Numbered from the stretch's first letter, positions 45,331 through 56,517 are shown. The stretch is 64,000 bases of DNA from Gemmatimonadaceae bacterium (GCA_025928335.1 JAICJQ010000004.1:6228-70227), one strand, 5' to 3'. A program made the numbers and translations. The notes: generated by a model from the sequence alone, not told the origin.

Positions 45331-46176
45331 ATGAGCCAGGACCGACGTACTTTCCTCTCGAATCTCGGCATGGCAGCCGTCGCCGCTCGCTCGCCTCGGC
45401 TGCTCGGCGACTTACTCCGGCCGGGTGCCGCGAAGCTTCAGCGAATCGGCATGGAGCTCTACACCGTGCGGAGTCTGACGGCGAAGGATCTTGCGGGTAC
45501 GCTCGCTCAGCTCGCCAAGCTCGGGTACAAGGAAGTCGAGTTCGCCGGCTACCAAGGACACTCCGCGGCCGAGGTGCGAGCCATGCTCGACCAAAATGGC
45601 CTGACCGCGCCGTCGGCGCACGTCGATATCGTGAAGATCGAGACCGACGCCGACACGATGTTCAGCGATGCAAAGGTCGTCGGCCACAAGTGGATCACTG
45701 TGGCGTCGTTGCCTCGTGGTCAACGACAGACGGTCGACGACTGGAAGCAAGTCGCCGCTCGCTTCAACGCCGCCGGGAAAAAGGTGAAGGATGCAGGGTT
45801 CCGGCTCGCGTTCCACAATCACAACGACGTCTTTCGCAAAGCGGCGGACGAGCTGCCGATCGACATCCTGATGCGCGAGACGGATCCCGGGCTGGTGAGC
45901 TACCAGATGGACGTCTATTGGGTCGTGAATGGCGGCGGCAATCCGGTCGAGCTCCTTGGCAAGTATTCCGGTCGATTCAAGATGCTTCATCTCAAGGATT
46001 CGATGGGTCCGCCGGACCAGAAGATGGCCGACGTAGGGTCGGGCACGATCGACTTCAAAGCCGTTCTCTCACACGCGAAGGGAATCGAGAACTACTTCGT
46101 CGAGCGGGATGATCCGACGGATCCCATGGCGAGCGCGGCGGCGAGCTTCAAGTTTCTCTCACAGTTGGAATTTTGA
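45331..46176 (+). CDS. Sugar phosphate isomerase/epimerase-family TIM barrel (AP_endonuc_2), Tat-exported
   Basis: DRRTFL Tat motif; ELYTVR, GYKEVE, FHNH, QMDVYW, LHLKD, G.GTIDF, FVERD. Confidence 0.9.
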   Translation: MSQDRRTFLSNLGMAAVAARSPRLLGDLLRPGAAKLQRIGMELYTVRSLTAKDLAGTLAQLAKLGYKEVEFAGYQGHSAAEVRAMLDQNGLTAPSAHVDIVKIETDADTMFSDAKVVGHKWITVASLPRGQRQTVDDWKQVAARFNAAGKKVKDAGFRLAFHNHNDVFRKAADELPIDILMRETDPGLVSYQMDVYWVVNGGGNPVELLGKYSGRFKMLHLKDSMGPPDQKMADVGSGTIDFKAVLSHAKGIENYFVERDDPTDPMASAAASFKFLSQLEF

Positions 46177-46220
46177 CCATCGAAGGATTCGTCTACCTCC
46201 ATCGTCACGGGGAACGGACG

Positions 46221-46249
46221 GTAGATCCTTCGCTTCGCTCAGGATGACA
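46221..46249. repeat. REP-like element arm (AGATCCTTCGCTTCGCTCAGGATGACA)
   Basis: Near reverse complement of the 35565 left arm and shares CTCAGGATGACA with its right arm; partial partner cgaaggat at ~46181. Confidence 0.7.
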
Positions 46250-46253
46250 GCAG

Positions 46254-47933
46254 ATGCAGCGACCTGAATACGACGTGTGCATCATCGGCTCGGGCGCGGG
46301 CGGCGGAATGGCTGCCTACGTCTTGACCAAGGCCGGTGCCCGCGTCGTGATGTTGGAGGCTGGACCGCGCTGGTTCGCCTCGAAAGATTCGAAGATGCTC
46401 GTGCCGAACTACGCGACGCCGCATCGCGGTGCGGCGATCCACGGCCGGCCGTTCGGCGAGTTCGACGCGTGCGACGGCGGCTGGGAGATCGACGGCGAAC
46501 CGTATACGCGCGCCCCGGGCACACAATTCAGCTGGTGGCGCGCGCGGATGCTCGGTGGACGCACGAATCACTGGGGACGGATCTCGCTCCGCTTCGGCCC
46601 CGACGATTTCATGCGGAAGAGCCTGGACGGTCTGGGCGATGACTGGCCGATCACGTACGACGACGTGAAGCCGTACTACGACAGCGTCGATCGCTTCATT
46701 GGGCTGTACGGTTCCAATGAAGGGTTGAGAAACGCACCGGACGGCATCTTCATGCCGCCGCCGAAGCCGCGTTGCCACGAGCTGTTGGTGAAGAAGGCAT
46801 CGGACAAACTCAACATCACGTGCATCCCGGCGCGGCTCTCGATCATCACCAAACCGCTGCCGGGTCGCCAGGCGTGTCATTACTGCGGCCAGTGCAATCG
46901 CGGCTGTCAGGTGAAGGCGAATTTTTCGAGCGGCGACGTGTTGATCGCGCCGGCGCTGGCGACCGGGAAGCTCACACTCGTCACGAACGCGATGGCGCGC
47001 GAGATCACGGTCGGCAATGACGGTCTGGCGAACGGCGTATCGTACATCAACAAGACCACCGGAGAGGACGAAAACGTCCGGGCGAAGATCGTCGTCGTCG
47101 CGGCAAGCGCGATGGAAACCGCGCGGCTCCTGCTCAACTCCAAGTCGTCGCGATTCCCGAATGGGCTCGCCAACTCGAGCGGTATCGTCGGTAAGTATCT
47201 CACGGACACGACCGGTGCCGGTGTATCCGGACATATTCCGGCGCTCGAGGATCACATCCCGCACAACCATGACGGCGTCGGCGGGATGCACGTGTACATG
47301 CCGTGGTGGCTCGACAACAAGAAGCTCGACTTCCCGCGCGGCTACCACATCGAAGTGTACGGCGGCGCGGGAATGCCCGGCTCCGGTTTCGGCGGTGGAA
47401 TTCAACGCCGCAACGGCGGCGGCTACGGCAAGCAGCTCAAGGCGGATTACCGGAAGTACTACGGCGCGTCGATCGGCTTCGACGGGCGTGGTGAGATGAT
47501 CCCGAACGAGAACTCGTACTGCGAAGTGGATCCGACGGTGGTCGACAAGTTCGGCATCCCGGTGCTCCGCTTCCACTGGAAGTTCACCGACTACGAGTAC
47601 AATCAGGCGAAGCACATGCAGGAGACCTTCCGATCGCTGATCGTGGCGATGGGCGGAACGCCGAGCTCGCCGATGCCGACCAAGGAACAGAACTACGGTC
47701 TCGCCGCGGGCGGGACGATCATCCACGAGCTGGGCGGCGCGCGCATGGGCGCCGACCCCACGACGTCGGTGGTGAACGGGAACTGTCAGGCCCACGACGT
47801 GAAGAATCTCTTCGTCGCCGATGGTAGTCCGTTCGTTTCGCAAGCCGACAAGAACCCGACGTGGACGATCCTCGCGCTGAGTTGGCGGACGAGCGATTTC
47901 ATCGCGAAGCAGAAACAGGCGGGGGCGATATGA
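46254..47933 (+). CDS. GMC family FAD oxidoreductase (glycoside 3-dehydrogenase catalytic subunit-like)
   Basis: GSGAGG FAD motif, LGGRTNHWGR, CHYCGQC..GC Fe-S motif, IHELGGARMG, NPTWTILAL. Confidence 0.9.
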   Translation: MQRPEYDVCIIGSGAGGGMAAYVLTKAGARVVMLEAGPRWFASKDSKMLVPNYATPHRGAAIHGRPFGEFDACDGGWEIDGEPYTRAPGTQFSWWRARMLGGRTNHWGRISLRFGPDDFMRKSLDGLGDDWPITYDDVKPYYDSVDRFIGLYGSNEGLRNAPDGIFMPPPKPRCHELLVKKASDKLNITCIPARLSIITKPLPGRQACHYCGQCNRGCQVKANFSSGDVLIAPALATGKLTLVTNAMAREITVGNDGLANGVSYINKTTGEDENVRAKIVVVAASAMETARLLLNSKSSRFPNGLANSSGIVGKYLTDTTGAGVSGHIPALEDHIPHNHDGVGGMHVYMPWWLDNKKLDFPRGYHIEVYGGAGMPGSGFGGGIQRRNGGGYGKQLKADYRKYYGASIGFDGRGEMIPNENSYCEVDPTVVDKFGIPVLRFHWKFTDYEYNQAKHMQETFRSLIVAMGGTPSSPMPTKEQNYGLAAGGTIIHELGGARMGADPTTSVVNGNCQAHDVKNLFVADGSPFVSQADKNPTWTILALSWRTSDFIAKQKQAGAI

Positions 47934-48676
47934 GCGATCTGGGGGACGGGCATGGGGCGACGGGCGAGGAACCGCCGGCGCCGGGCGACGGGCGGCAGGC
48001 GACGGGTGAAAAGGCTGCGACCGGAATTACTCGACGTCGGGCGTTGCAAGTACTCGGCGCAGTGCCGGTCGCGGCGGCGCTCGGTCAGGTGCCGGCGCAG
48101 CAACCCAAACCGCTGACGCCGGCCGTTACTTCGCAAGTTCCATCAGGGCCTGCCGCGACGGTCGCGGCCCCCGCAGCCCCGAAGTTTTTCAACACGCATG
48201 AGCGGCGGACGTTGCATGTGCTCGTCGACTATATCATTCCGCGCGACGAACACTCTGGCAGCGCCACGGACGCAAAGGTACCGGAGTACATCGAGTTTCT
48301 CCTCGCCGAGAAGGATGCAAATCCGACGACGCAGGTGGCGATGCAGGGCGGCCTCGCATGGATCGACGCCGAGGCTCTGAAGCGGTTCAGCAAGACGTTT
48401 GTCAATGCGTCCGACGTGCAGCGGCGAGAAATTCTCGACGACATTGCATATCCCGCGAAGGCGAAGCCCGAGATGAGCCACGGCGTCTCGTTCTTCAACC
48501 GCCTTCGCGACATGACGGCATCGGGTTTCTTTTCCAGCGCGATGGGTTGGCAGGATCTGCAGTACAAAGGAAACGTGTTCAACCCCGGCTATGACGGATG
48601 TCCGCCCGCGGCGCTCGAGAAACTCGGTGTGAGCTACGACGTGATGCAAACCAGGATCAGCCCACAGGAGCGATGA
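47930..48676 (+). CDS. Gluconate 2-dehydrogenase subunit 3-family protein (Tat escort subunit)
   Basis: ITRRRALQ Tat motif; LVDYIIP, SATDAKVPEYIE, FF..LRDMTASGFFSS; overlaps the GMC stop (ATGA). Confidence 0.87.
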   Translation: MSDLGDGHGATGEEPPAPGDGRQATGEKAATGITRRRALQVLGAVPVAAALGQVPAQQPKPLTPAVTSQVPSGPAATVAAPAAPKFFNTHERRTLHVLVDYIIPRDEHSGSATDAKVPEYIEFLLAEKDANPTTQVAMQGGLAWIDAEALKRFSKTFVNASDVQRREILDDIAYPAKAKPEMSHGVSFFNRLRDMTASGFFSSAMGWQDLQYKGNVFNPGYDGCPPAALEKLGVSYDVMQTRISPQER

Positions 48677-49941
48677 GCGCGAAGAACGGAAAGCATTCGT
48701 CGCGACTTGGCGTCGCGTTCGTCGGGAGCGGCTTCAACGCCCGCTTTCATCTCCAGGCTTTTCGCGCCGTGCGCGACGCCGACGTCCTCGGCGTCTGGAG
48801 TCCAAACAAGAAGAATGCCTCGTCCGCCGCGCAGCTCGCGCGCGACATCGACGTCGGCGCGGCGAAGCCGTACGCGTCGATCGCCGAAATGGTCGCCGAT
48901 CCCGCGATCGACGCGATCTGGTTGACCGGACCGAATCACGCGCGCATCGAAAACGTCGAAGAGATCGTTCACGCGATCGAGAGTGGAAAGGGCAGTCTCG
49001 TCGGCATCGCGTGTGAAAAACCTCTCGCCCGGAACGTCGCCGAGGCAAAGAAGGCGAGGGATCTCGTCGCGCGAGTTGGATTGGCGACGGGCTACTTGGA
49101 GAATCAGGTCTTCTCACCGCAGGTGGAAACGGGACGCGAGCTGCTCTGGGCGCGAGGCGCCGCGACGACCGGGCGGCCGTATCTCGCGCGAGCGGCGGAA
49201 GAGCACAGCGGGCCGCACATGCCGTGGTTCTGGCGCGGCGCGCTGCAGGGCGGCGGCGTGTTGAACGACATGATGTGTCACTCGGCGCTGGTCGTGCGAC
49301 ACTTGCTCACGAAGCCGGGGCAGCCGCTGTCGACGGTACGCCCCGCGAGAGTGACGGCACACATCGCAAGTCTCAAGTGGACGCGTCCAGACTACGTCAA
49401 ACGGCTCGCGAAGACGTACGGAAAAGAAGTGGACTACACGCAGGCGCCTGCGGAGGACTTCGCGAGCACGACGATCGAGTTCGAGACGGACGACGGGTAC
49501 ACCGTGATCGGTGAAGCGTCCACGTCGTGGAGCTTCGTCGGCGCGGGTCTGCGGTTGTCGGCGGAGCTGTTGGGCCCCGAGTACTCGATGTCGTGGAACA
49601 CGCTCGACAGTGGTCTCAAGCTGTTCTTCTCGCGCGAGGTGCGAGGCAGGGCGGGCGAAGACCTCGTCGAGAAGCAGAACGCCGAAACGGGACTGATGCC
49701 GGTCGTGGCGAACGAGGCCGCGGCGTACGGATATGAGGCCGAGGACCGCCACTTCGTTCGCGTGTTCCTCGGCAAGGAGCAACCCAAACTGACGTTCGAC
49801 GACGGTCTCGAGGTTGTGAAGATGCTCATGACGGCATATATGAGCGCCGAGCAGGGGAAGACCCTCGAGTTTCCGCCGCGCGGGCTCGAGAAGTTCGTCC
49901 CTGCTGTGGCGCGCGGTGATTGGAAGCCGGGGTCGAAATAA
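48673..49941 (+). CDS. Gfo/Idh/MocA family oxidoreductase
   Basis: FVGSGFNA, ACEKPLA, GGGVLNDMMCH. Confidence 0.9.
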   Translation: MSAKNGKHSSRLGVAFVGSGFNARFHLQAFRAVRDADVLGVWSPNKKNASSAAQLARDIDVGAAKPYASIAEMVADPAIDAIWLTGPNHARIENVEEIVHAIESGKGSLVGIACEKPLARNVAEAKKARDLVARVGLATGYLENQVFSPQVETGRELLWARGAATTGRPYLARAAEEHSGPHMPWFWRGALQGGGVLNDMMCHSALVVRHLLTKPGQPLSTVRPARVTAHIASLKWTRPDYVKRLAKTYGKEVDYTQAPAEDFASTTIEFETDDGYTVIGEASTSWSFVGAGLRLSAELLGPEYSMSWNTLDSGLKLFFSREVRGRAGEDLVEKQNAETGLMPVVANEAAAYGYEAEDRHFVRVFLGKEQPKLTFDDGLEVVKMLMTAYMSAEQGKTLEFPPRGLEKFVPAVARGDWKPGSK

Positions 49942-50105
49942 TTTGGTCCGATCAGGGTCAGACCCCGATTGGGTCGCGGGACCGCGAAAATAGCGTCGAC
50001 CCACGCCGGCGGACCTTACGGCATGGCGGCAAATCGTGCATTACTAAAGGCTGAGACAGCCCTTCGAACGATCCCCCCGATGTACCCACGGAACAGGGCC
50101 AGGAC

Positions 50106-51716
50106 ATGACCAAACAGGACGCTAACTCCATCACCCGCCGAGACTTCGTGTCCGACGCGGGCAAAGTCGCGCTGGGCGCGCTCGTCGCGCCGCACATCCC
50201 GATGATCGTGCCGCGCCACGTACTCGGCGGGGTGGGATATCAGGCGCCGAGCGACACGGTGAACTTCGCGGTGATCGGTTTCGGCGGACAGGGCTCCGTG
50301 AACGGGGCGGCCCTCGCCGGCACTGAGCAACTCGTCGCTGTCTGCGACGTCGATCAGGCCTTCGCACACAAGAAGATGGAAGAACACCTCCGGCCGCGGC
50401 GCGACAACACCGTCAGCCCCGAAGCGCAGCGATTGCAGGCACAATATGAGAAGGCGGCGAAGTACACCGATTTCCGCGAGATGCTGCAGAAGGAAAAGGG
50501 TATCGACGGAGTCGTCGTCGCGACGCCCGATCATGTACACGCCGTGGCGGCGAAGGCGGCGATGGATCTGGGCAAGCATGTCTACGTGCAGAAGCCGCTC
50601 ACTTGGTCCGTGCACGAGGCGCGCGTGCTGCGCCAGACGGCGCTCGCCAACAAGAAGCTCGTCACCCAGATGGGCAATCAGGGCCACTCCACCGACGGCG
50701 CGCGCCTGATCAACGAGTGGATCGCGGCGGGCGTGATCGGTCCGGTGCACGAGGTGCATGTATGGACCAATCGTCCGGCGGGCTACTGGCCGCAGTTCGT
50801 GCCGCGCCCAGGCGCGACGGTCGCGATGCCGGCACCGGGCACGCTCAACGGATTCAGCTCGGCGTGGGGACAGAACATCGTGAACGGCACGCTGGCGCGC
50901 GCGATGGAGTCAGGTGAAGTGGCGCCGCCGCCTGATCTGCGCTGGGATCTCTATCTCGGTCCCGTGGCTGAGGACATTCCGTATCATCCGATTTACCACC
51001 CGTTCAACTGGCGCGGTTGGCTCGACTTCGGCATGGGCGCGCTCGGCGACATGGGGGCACACCTGATCGACCACCCGTTCTGGGCGCTGGGCCTGACGTA
51101 TCCGACGAGCATCGAAGCGACGTCCTCGCCGTTCGGCACGATGACGATTCCAGGCGATCCGAACGCGCCGGAAGGGTCGCCGGCGCGTCGCAACAAGAGC
51201 AAACCCGTTTCGTATCCGCTCGCGTCCACGGTGCACTACCAGTTTGCGGCGCGCGGCAATCAGCCGCCGGTGAAGCTGACCTGGTGCGACGGAGGCCTCT
51301 TTCCGCCGCGTCCCGACGTGCTGCCTGATACCGGGCCGGACGCCGTGCTCAAGTCCGAGGGCGGCGTGATCTTCATCGGCGAAAAAGGGATTCTCATCAA
51401 CGACACCTACGGCGCGAATCCGCGTGTGTATCCGGAGTCGTTGCAGCAGGCGGCGAATCAGGTGCCGAAGTCGATGCCGCGCATCACCTGGAGCCACGAA
51501 GAGAATTGGGCGAAGGCGATCAAGGGCCAAGCGACGGCGAGCTCGCCGATCGAATACGCGGCACAACTGACGGAGACGATGCTGCTCGGCGTCGTCGCGC
51601 TGCGCGCGGGACAGGGAAAGAAAGTGCTCTACAACGGCGAGAAGATGGAGATCACCAACGCGCCGGAGGCGAACCAGTTTCTCACCCGGGAGTACCGGTC
51701 AGGATGGGCCATCTGA
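50106..51716 (+). CDS. Gfo/Idh/MocA family oxidoreductase, Tat-exported
   Basis: TRRDFV Tat motif; [41 protein letters not shown]. Confidence 0.92.
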   Translation: MTKQDANSITRRDFVSDAGKVALGALVAPHIPMIVPRHVLGGVGYQAPSDTVNFAVIGFGGQGSVNGAALAGTEQLVAVCDVDQAFAHKKMEEHLRPRRDNTVSPEAQRLQAQYEKAAKYTDFREMLQKEKGIDGVVVATPDHVHAVAAKAAMDLGKHVYVQKPLTWSVHEARVLRQTALANKKLVTQMGNQGHSTDGARLINEWIAAGVIGPVHEVHVWTNRPAGYWPQFVPRPGATVAMPAPGTLNGFSSAWGQNIVNGTLARAMESGEVAPPPDLRWDLYLGPVAEDIPYHPIYHPFNWRGWLDFGMGALGDMGAHLIDHPFWALGLTYPTSIEATSSPFGTMTIPGDPNAPEGSPARRNKSKPVSYPLASTVHYQFAARGNQPPVKLTWCDGGLFPPRPDVLPDTGPDAVLKSEGGVIFIGEKGILINDTYGANPRVYPESLQQAANQVPKSMPRITWSHEENWAKAIKGQATASSPIEYAAQLTETMLLGVVALRAGQGKKVLYNGEKMEITNAPEANQFLTREYRSGWAI

Positions 51717-52408
51717 TGCGCAGCCGCCTCGTTATTGCCGCGCTGTCGCTCGCGGCTTGTCATCCCGGTGGAGTGAGAGCGCCCGTGCGTACGGCAGCGA
51801 CGATTGCGCAGACACCGAATCAATGGCGGTCGTTGGCCGCGGCCGCGAATTGGCGCGGATACTCCGCGGACTCGATCCCGAGCGGTTGGACGTTCGCTGA
51901 CGGGACGATCAGCAAGACGCGCGGGGTACGAGACATCATGACGCGCGACGAGTTCGGCAACTTCGAGCTCGAGCTCGAGTGGAAAATCGGCAAAGCGGGC
52001 AACAGCGGGCTCTTTTACCGCGCGACGACCGAGTACGATCACATCTACTGGAGCGGGCCCGAGTATCAGCTGTTGGATGACGTCAACGGCGAAGACAACA
52101 AGACACCCCTCACGCGGGCGGGCGCCGCCTACGGGCTCTACCCCGCACCCGACGGGCACTCCAGCCCATTCGGGGAATGGAATCGCGCGCGCATCGTGGT
52201 CAACGGCAACCACGTAGAGCACTGGCTGAACGACTTCAAACTTGTCGAATACGAGCTCAATAGTCCGGACTGGAAAGCCAAGGTGGCCGCCAGCAAGTTC
52301 AAGGACTGGCCGCACTACGGTCTCGCCAAGAAAGGCCACATCGGCATCCAGGGCGATCACCCGGGCACGCTCGAGATCCGCAACATCCGCATCCGGGAGC
52401 TGCCATGA
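51716..52408 (+). CDS. DUF1080 (3-keto-disaccharide hydrolase family) lipoprotein
   Basis: Lipobox [15 protein letters not shown]...[50 protein letters not shown]. Confidence 0.9.
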   Translation: MRSRLVIAALSLAACHPGGVRAPVRTAATIAQTPNQWRSLAAAANWRGYSADSIPSGWTFADGTISKTRGVRDIMTRDEFGNFELELEWKIGKAGNSGLFYRATTEYDHIYWSGPEYQLLDDVNGEDNKTPLTRAGAAYGLYPAPDGHSSPFGEWNRARIVVNGNHVEHWLNDFKLVEYELNSPDWKAKVAASKFKDWPHYGLAKKGHIGIQGDHPGTLEIRNIRIRELP

Positions 52409-53646
52409 GCGCCGTCCGTACGCGGCTGTCGGCGATGATGTTCCTGCAGTATTTCGTATGGGGCGTCTGGTTCGTGACGATGGGCACGTACCTCGGACAA
52501 ACGCGGCATTTCACCGATCAGCAGATCGGCGCCGCGTACGGCGCGATGGCGATCGCGGCGATCGTGAGCCCATTCTTCATGGGCATCGTCGCCGATCGTT
52601 TCTTCGCGAGTGAAAAGCTGCTCGCGCTGCTGCACGTCGTCGGCGGCGTTGTAATGTGGTTCGTGTCGACGCAGGAGAGCTGGAGCACGTTCTATCCGCT
52701 GCTCCTCATTTACGCACTCCTCTTCATGCCGACGTTGTCGCTCACGAACTCGATCTCCTTCCACAACGTGCAGGATCCGGCGCGCGATTTCCCGATCATC
52801 CGCGTACTCGGCACGATCGGCTGGATCGTGGCGGGGATCATCGTCGGGAAAGTGTTGCACGCGGATGCGTTGGCGACGCCGATGCGTATCGCGGCGGCGG
52901 CATCCGTCCTTCTCGGGCTGTATTCCCTCGCGCTTCCGCACACGCCGCCGAAGGCCGCAGGCCAGCCGTTCAGCGCACGCGACGCGCTCGGGCTCGATGC
53001 GCTCAGCCTGCTGCGCAACCGCGACTTCGCGATCTTCGTGCTCGGATCCTTCCTGCTCTGCATCCCGCTTCAGTTCTACTACACGTTTACGAATCTCTTC
53101 CTGAACGAGATCAAGGCACCGGAGCCGGCGTTCATCCAAACGTTCGGCCAGATGTCCGAGATCTTCTTCATGCTGATGCTGCCGATCGCGCTGCGCCGGT
53201 TCGGCATCAAGGTGATCATGCTCGTCGGCATGCTCGCCTGGTCGCTGCGGTATTTCGCGTTCGGAAACGGCAACATCGGTTCAGGGATGTGGATGCTGTA
53301 CGCCGGCATCCTGCTCCACGGCGTCTGCTACGACTTCTTCTTCGTCAGCGGGCAGATCTACACCGACCAGCGCGCCGGCGAGAAAATTCGCGCGGCGGCG
53401 CAGGGATTCATCAACTTCGTCACGAATGGCGTCGGCTATCTCGTCGGCGCCGCGGTGTCGGGGCGGGTCGTGAATCAGTATGCGACGGTCAACGGCTCGT
53501 CGGTGACGCACGACTGGCATGCGATCTGGATGGTACCGGCCGCGGGAGCTTTCGTGGTGTTCGTGCTGTTCGCGCTGTTGTTCCGACCGAGAGCAGAGCG
53601 TGAGCCGGCGAGTATCGAGCCGACTGGCGCGGGAGCCCCCGCGTAG
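52405..53646 (+). CDS. MFS nucleoside:H+ symporter family permease (NupG/XapB-like)
   Basis: [51 protein letters not shown]; about 12 TM segments. Confidence 0.9.
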   Translation: MSAVRTRLSAMMFLQYFVWGVWFVTMGTYLGQTRHFTDQQIGAAYGAMAIAAIVSPFFMGIVADRFFASEKLLALLHVVGGVVMWFVSTQESWSTFYPLLLIYALLFMPTLSLTNSISFHNVQDPARDFPIIRVLGTIGWIVAGIIVGKVLHADALATPMRIAAAASVLLGLYSLALPHTPPKAAGQPFSARDALGLDALSLLRNRDFAIFVLGSFLLCIPLQFYYTFTNLFLNEIKAPEPAFIQTFGQMSEIFFMLMLPIALRRFGIKVIMLVGMLAWSLRYFAFGNGNIGSGMWMLYAGILLHGVCYDFFFVSGQIYTDQRAGEKIRAAAQGFINFVTNGVGYLVGAAVSGRVVNQYATVNGSSVTHDWHAIWMVPAAGAFVVFVLFALLFRPRAEREPASIEPTGAGAPA

Positions 53647-53649
53647 GAT

Positions 53650-55083
53650 CTACGGCTCCGCGACCTTCGGCACGACGTAGACCTTTCGCAATGCGGCGAG
53701 ATACTCCTCGTGGAGCGACTTGATCGTCTGGAACTCGCGCTTGACCGTCGCGCGGAAGTCGGGATACGTCGCGAAGTCGAAGAGCAACGCGGTCATGGCC
53801 TGGGCATCGACCGTGAAGCCCTGATGGCCGACCGGACCGAGCGCATCCTGTTCCATCTCGTACGTGTGGTTCGGTGAATTCGACGTCTTGGCACTGAAGC
53901 CGACGCCCGGAATCGCGCTCGACACGCTGCCCGTCTCTTCATAGCCCTGCGGTTTGCCCGGCTCGGGAAGCACCCCGGTCGCTCCGAACTTCTTTTCGTA
54001 CGCGAAGGCGAGCTCGTCGAGCGAGCCAATGCTGATGCCGTCGCGATCCTTGCCGTAGTGATCAATCTTGACCTTGGTGCCCGTCGCCAGCGCCGCGGCG
54101 CGCGCCGCGTTATCGATCATCTCGGTGAGTTGCGCGAGGTAGACTTCGTCGGGATAGCGAATGTAAAAGTCAGCGGCGGTGCGATCGGGCACGACGTTCG
54201 GCGCGGCGCCGCCCTCGGTGATCACGCCCTGCACCCGCGCCTCGGGGCGAATATTGCTCCGGATCGCGTCGATGTTATTGAAGAGATGGATGACCGCGGT
54301 GAGCGCGTTGCGACCGTTCCAGGCTGTGAGCTGGTGCGCCGGCGCGCCGCTGAAAATGTACTTCGTGCCGTCGATGTTCATGCAGCAGGTGCCGAATCCC
54401 GCCGCCGGCCGGCTCGTCGCGCTCGTCGAGTGGCTGCGCACGAGGATGTCGGCACCGTCGAACACCTTCGACTCGTGCATTACCACCTTTGCGTTCGGCG
54501 GCATCATCTCCTCACCGGGGGCGCCGTACACGGTCACCGTTCCCGGGGTTTTCGTGCGCGCGAGATACTCGGCCATGGCCACGGCGGCGGCGATGCCAAT
54601 CGGTCCCTGAGTGCTATGCTGGTCGCCGTGGAACGCGCCCTTCGTGCCGCGCAACGCGTCGTACTCGACGATGACGCCGAGGGCGGGCGCCCCGCTGCTT
54701 TTCGTGTAGCGCGCGACGAAGGCGGTCGGCAAGCCGGGCGTTCCCATTTGCACGGTGAAGTCGTGCTTCTTGAGGTAGTCGGTGAGGATCTGCACCGACC
54801 GCTTTTCCTCGAAGCCGATCTCCGGATGCCGAGTGATGTTGTCGCCCATCGCCAGCAGGTCCGTGTCCATGAGCTGCTTGGCGCGCGCGACGACTTGATC
54901 GCGCGCTGCATTCGGGCCGGTGAGCTTGGCGACCATCGCGTTCAGGTCGAGCGAACGCTCGAGCGAGTCGAGTTTTCGGACGACGTCGCGCGCCGCGTCT
55001 CGCTCGGTCGGCGTCTCCTGCGAGACGGCGGTCCGCCCGGCGAGAACGCAAATCAGCGCGGCGACAATGCGTTTATCGAGCAT
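53650..55083 (-). CDS. M20 family amidohydrolase (AbgB-like), exported
   Basis: HPEIGFEE, PTAFVA, EYDAL, GAPGEE, GAPAH...GRNAL, GGAAPNVVP. Confidence 0.85.
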   Translation of the reverse strand: MLDKRIVAALICVLAGRTAVSQETPTERDAARDVVRKLDSLERSLDLNAMVAKLTGPNAARDQVVARAKQLMDTDLLAMGDNITRHPEIGFEEKRSVQILTDYLKKHDFTVQMGTPGLPTAFVARYTKSSGAPALGVIVEYDALRGTKGAFHGDQHSTQGPIGIAAAVAMAEYLARTKTPGTVTVYGAPGEEMMPPNAKVVMHESKVFDGADILVRSHSTSATSRPAAGFGTCCMNIDGTKYIFSGAPAHQLTAWNGRNALTAVIHLFNNIDAIRSNIRPEARVQGVITEGGAAPNVVPDRTAADFYIRYPDEVYLAQLTEMIDNAARAAALATGTKVKIDHYGKDRDGISIGSLDELAFAYEKKFGATGVLPEPGKPQGYEETGSVSSAIPGVGFSAKTSNSPNHTYEMEQDALGPVGHQGFTVDAQAMTALLFDFATYPDFRATVKREFQTIKSLHEEYLAALRKVYVVPKVAEP

Positions 55084-55137
55084 TCTCAGATCTCCAAATA
55101 ACGCGATTGGGTGCTTCGCTCGTTCGAGACGATCGCC

Positions 55138-55641
55138 CTACACATATCGGCCAACCGCCATCGTGATGACGGCGATCACGAGCAGGGGCAGCACGATGTT
55201 CGTGCCCCGCTGAATCCGAGCCTGGTATGCGGCCAGCCGTGTCGCGGCTTCTCCCTGTGGCGGCCCATCGCCCGCCTTGAGGATTTTCGCGATTTCGCCC
55301 ATCGACTTGCCGATCATCACGCCGCCGATCAGAAAGGCGATGATCGCCGCCAGCGCGCCGATGCTGATCGTCATTCCCGAGCGCGTCGCGGCCCAATTCC
55401 CGCCGGACGTGGTGTTTCGCCAGAAGAGAAACAGACCGGCGACGACGTTGATGCCGGCGACCGCCGGAAAATACGCGGCGATACGCGTCTTGGTGAGCAG
55501 ATGGCCCATGAACTGCCCGCCGGCCGGCCCGATCGCGCGAACCGTCGGTTGAATGAACAGTGCGATCAACACCACTCCGCCAACCCATAGTACGCCAAAG
55601 AAAATATGCAGCAGACGAAACAGCAGCATCGCGGAATACAT
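55138..55641 (-). CDS. Hypothetical integral membrane protein (4 TM)
   Basis: FRLLHIFFGVLWVGG and four hydrophobic segments; GAGG RBS. Confidence 0.75.
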   Translation of the reverse strand: MYSAMLLFRLLHIFFGVLWVGGVVLIALFIQPTVRAIGPAGGQFMGHLLTKTRIAAYFPAVAGINVVAGLFLFWRNTTSGGNWAATRSGMTISIGALAAIIAFLIGGVMIGKSMGEIAKILKAGDGPPQGEAATRLAAYQARIQRGTNIVLPLLVIAVITMAVGRYV

Positions 55642-55665
55642 GGATAGCCTCGCGTCGGACGTTGG

Positions 55666-56517
55666 TTAGGAGCGCTGCAACAGGACGATTCCCGAAAAAC
55701 GCGCGAAGCTCTTCTGCGTCTCTCGAGATCGTAGCTTGCCAAGGAAATTCCACAGCCAGGCGCCGCGCATCTGCCGCTTCAGGCGCTTCGCCTCGAGCCA
55801 CGACGATCGAAACTGCTCTTCGCGCCAACCATACGGCTCGAAGAACTTCGTGCTTTCCTCCGGAGCAAAACGAAAGGGTGCGTTGCCTGCGCCGACCGTC
55901 TTGCCCCAACTCCGCGACATCCACTTGAGCAACATCGGACTCGCGAGGTCGATCGTCCACCAGCGGAAGCTGTTCGGATCGTGGAGATCGCGCGCGAGGC
56001 CGGCGACATCGTCCGGTGTCAGATAGATCAACAGCCCTTCGCTCAACACGAGCACGCGTGACGACTCCCCGCCCACCTGCGAGAACAACGCGCGCCGGCG
56101 CGCCGCATCCGTGAGGTCGACCCGGACCGCTTCGTAGCGCACGACAGGCTTCTCGTCGCGCAGCATGTCGATCTTGTAGTCCAGAATTCCGGGAAGATCG
56201 ACGTCGATCCAACGGAGGTTCGGTGGAAGCGACGACATGCGCCAAGCGCGCGCGTCGAGTCCCGCCGCGAGGTTGAGAACGCAGTCCACTCCGGCGGCGA
56301 CGCGATCGAGAATGATCTCGTCGAAGATGGCGGTGCGAACGATCATCGCCCACGCGGTCTGCTTGCCGCGGGGCATGTTGTCGACGATCTCCTGACCCTT
56401 GGTGCCGGCCAGCTTTCGCGCGAACGGATCGTGGAAGATCGCGTCGCGTCGCTCACTCTCCATCGCCCGGTAGACGGCGACCCAACGGGCGGTATCCGAA
56501 ACGTTTTCGATGGGCAT
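55666..56517 (-). CDS. SAM-dependent methyltransferase (leucine carboxyl methyltransferase-like)
   Basis: VSDTARWVA.YRA.E, DPFA, RT..FD, LNLAAGLDAR, VDLP, SEGLLIYL. Confidence 0.88.
   Translation of the reverse strand: MPIENVSDTARWVAVYRAMESERRDAIFHDPFARKLAGTKGQEIVDNMPRGKQTAWAMIVRTAIFDEIILDRVAAGVDCVLNLAAGLDARAWRMSSLPPNLRWIDVDLPGILDYKIDMLRDEKPVVRYEAVRVDLTDAARRRALFSQVGGESSRVLVLSEGLLIYLTPDDVAGLARDLHDPNSFRWWTIDLASPMLLKWMSRSWGKTVGAGNAPFRFAPEESTKFFEPYGWREEQFRSSWLEAKRLKRQMRGAWLWNFLGKLRSRETQKSFARFSGIVLLQRS

Noticed and set aside
49948..49972. Imperfect hairpin around GGGTCAGACCC after the first Gfo/Idh/MocA gene
   Set aside because: Single copy in the window and no T-tract; cannot be called a terminator or a repeat family here.
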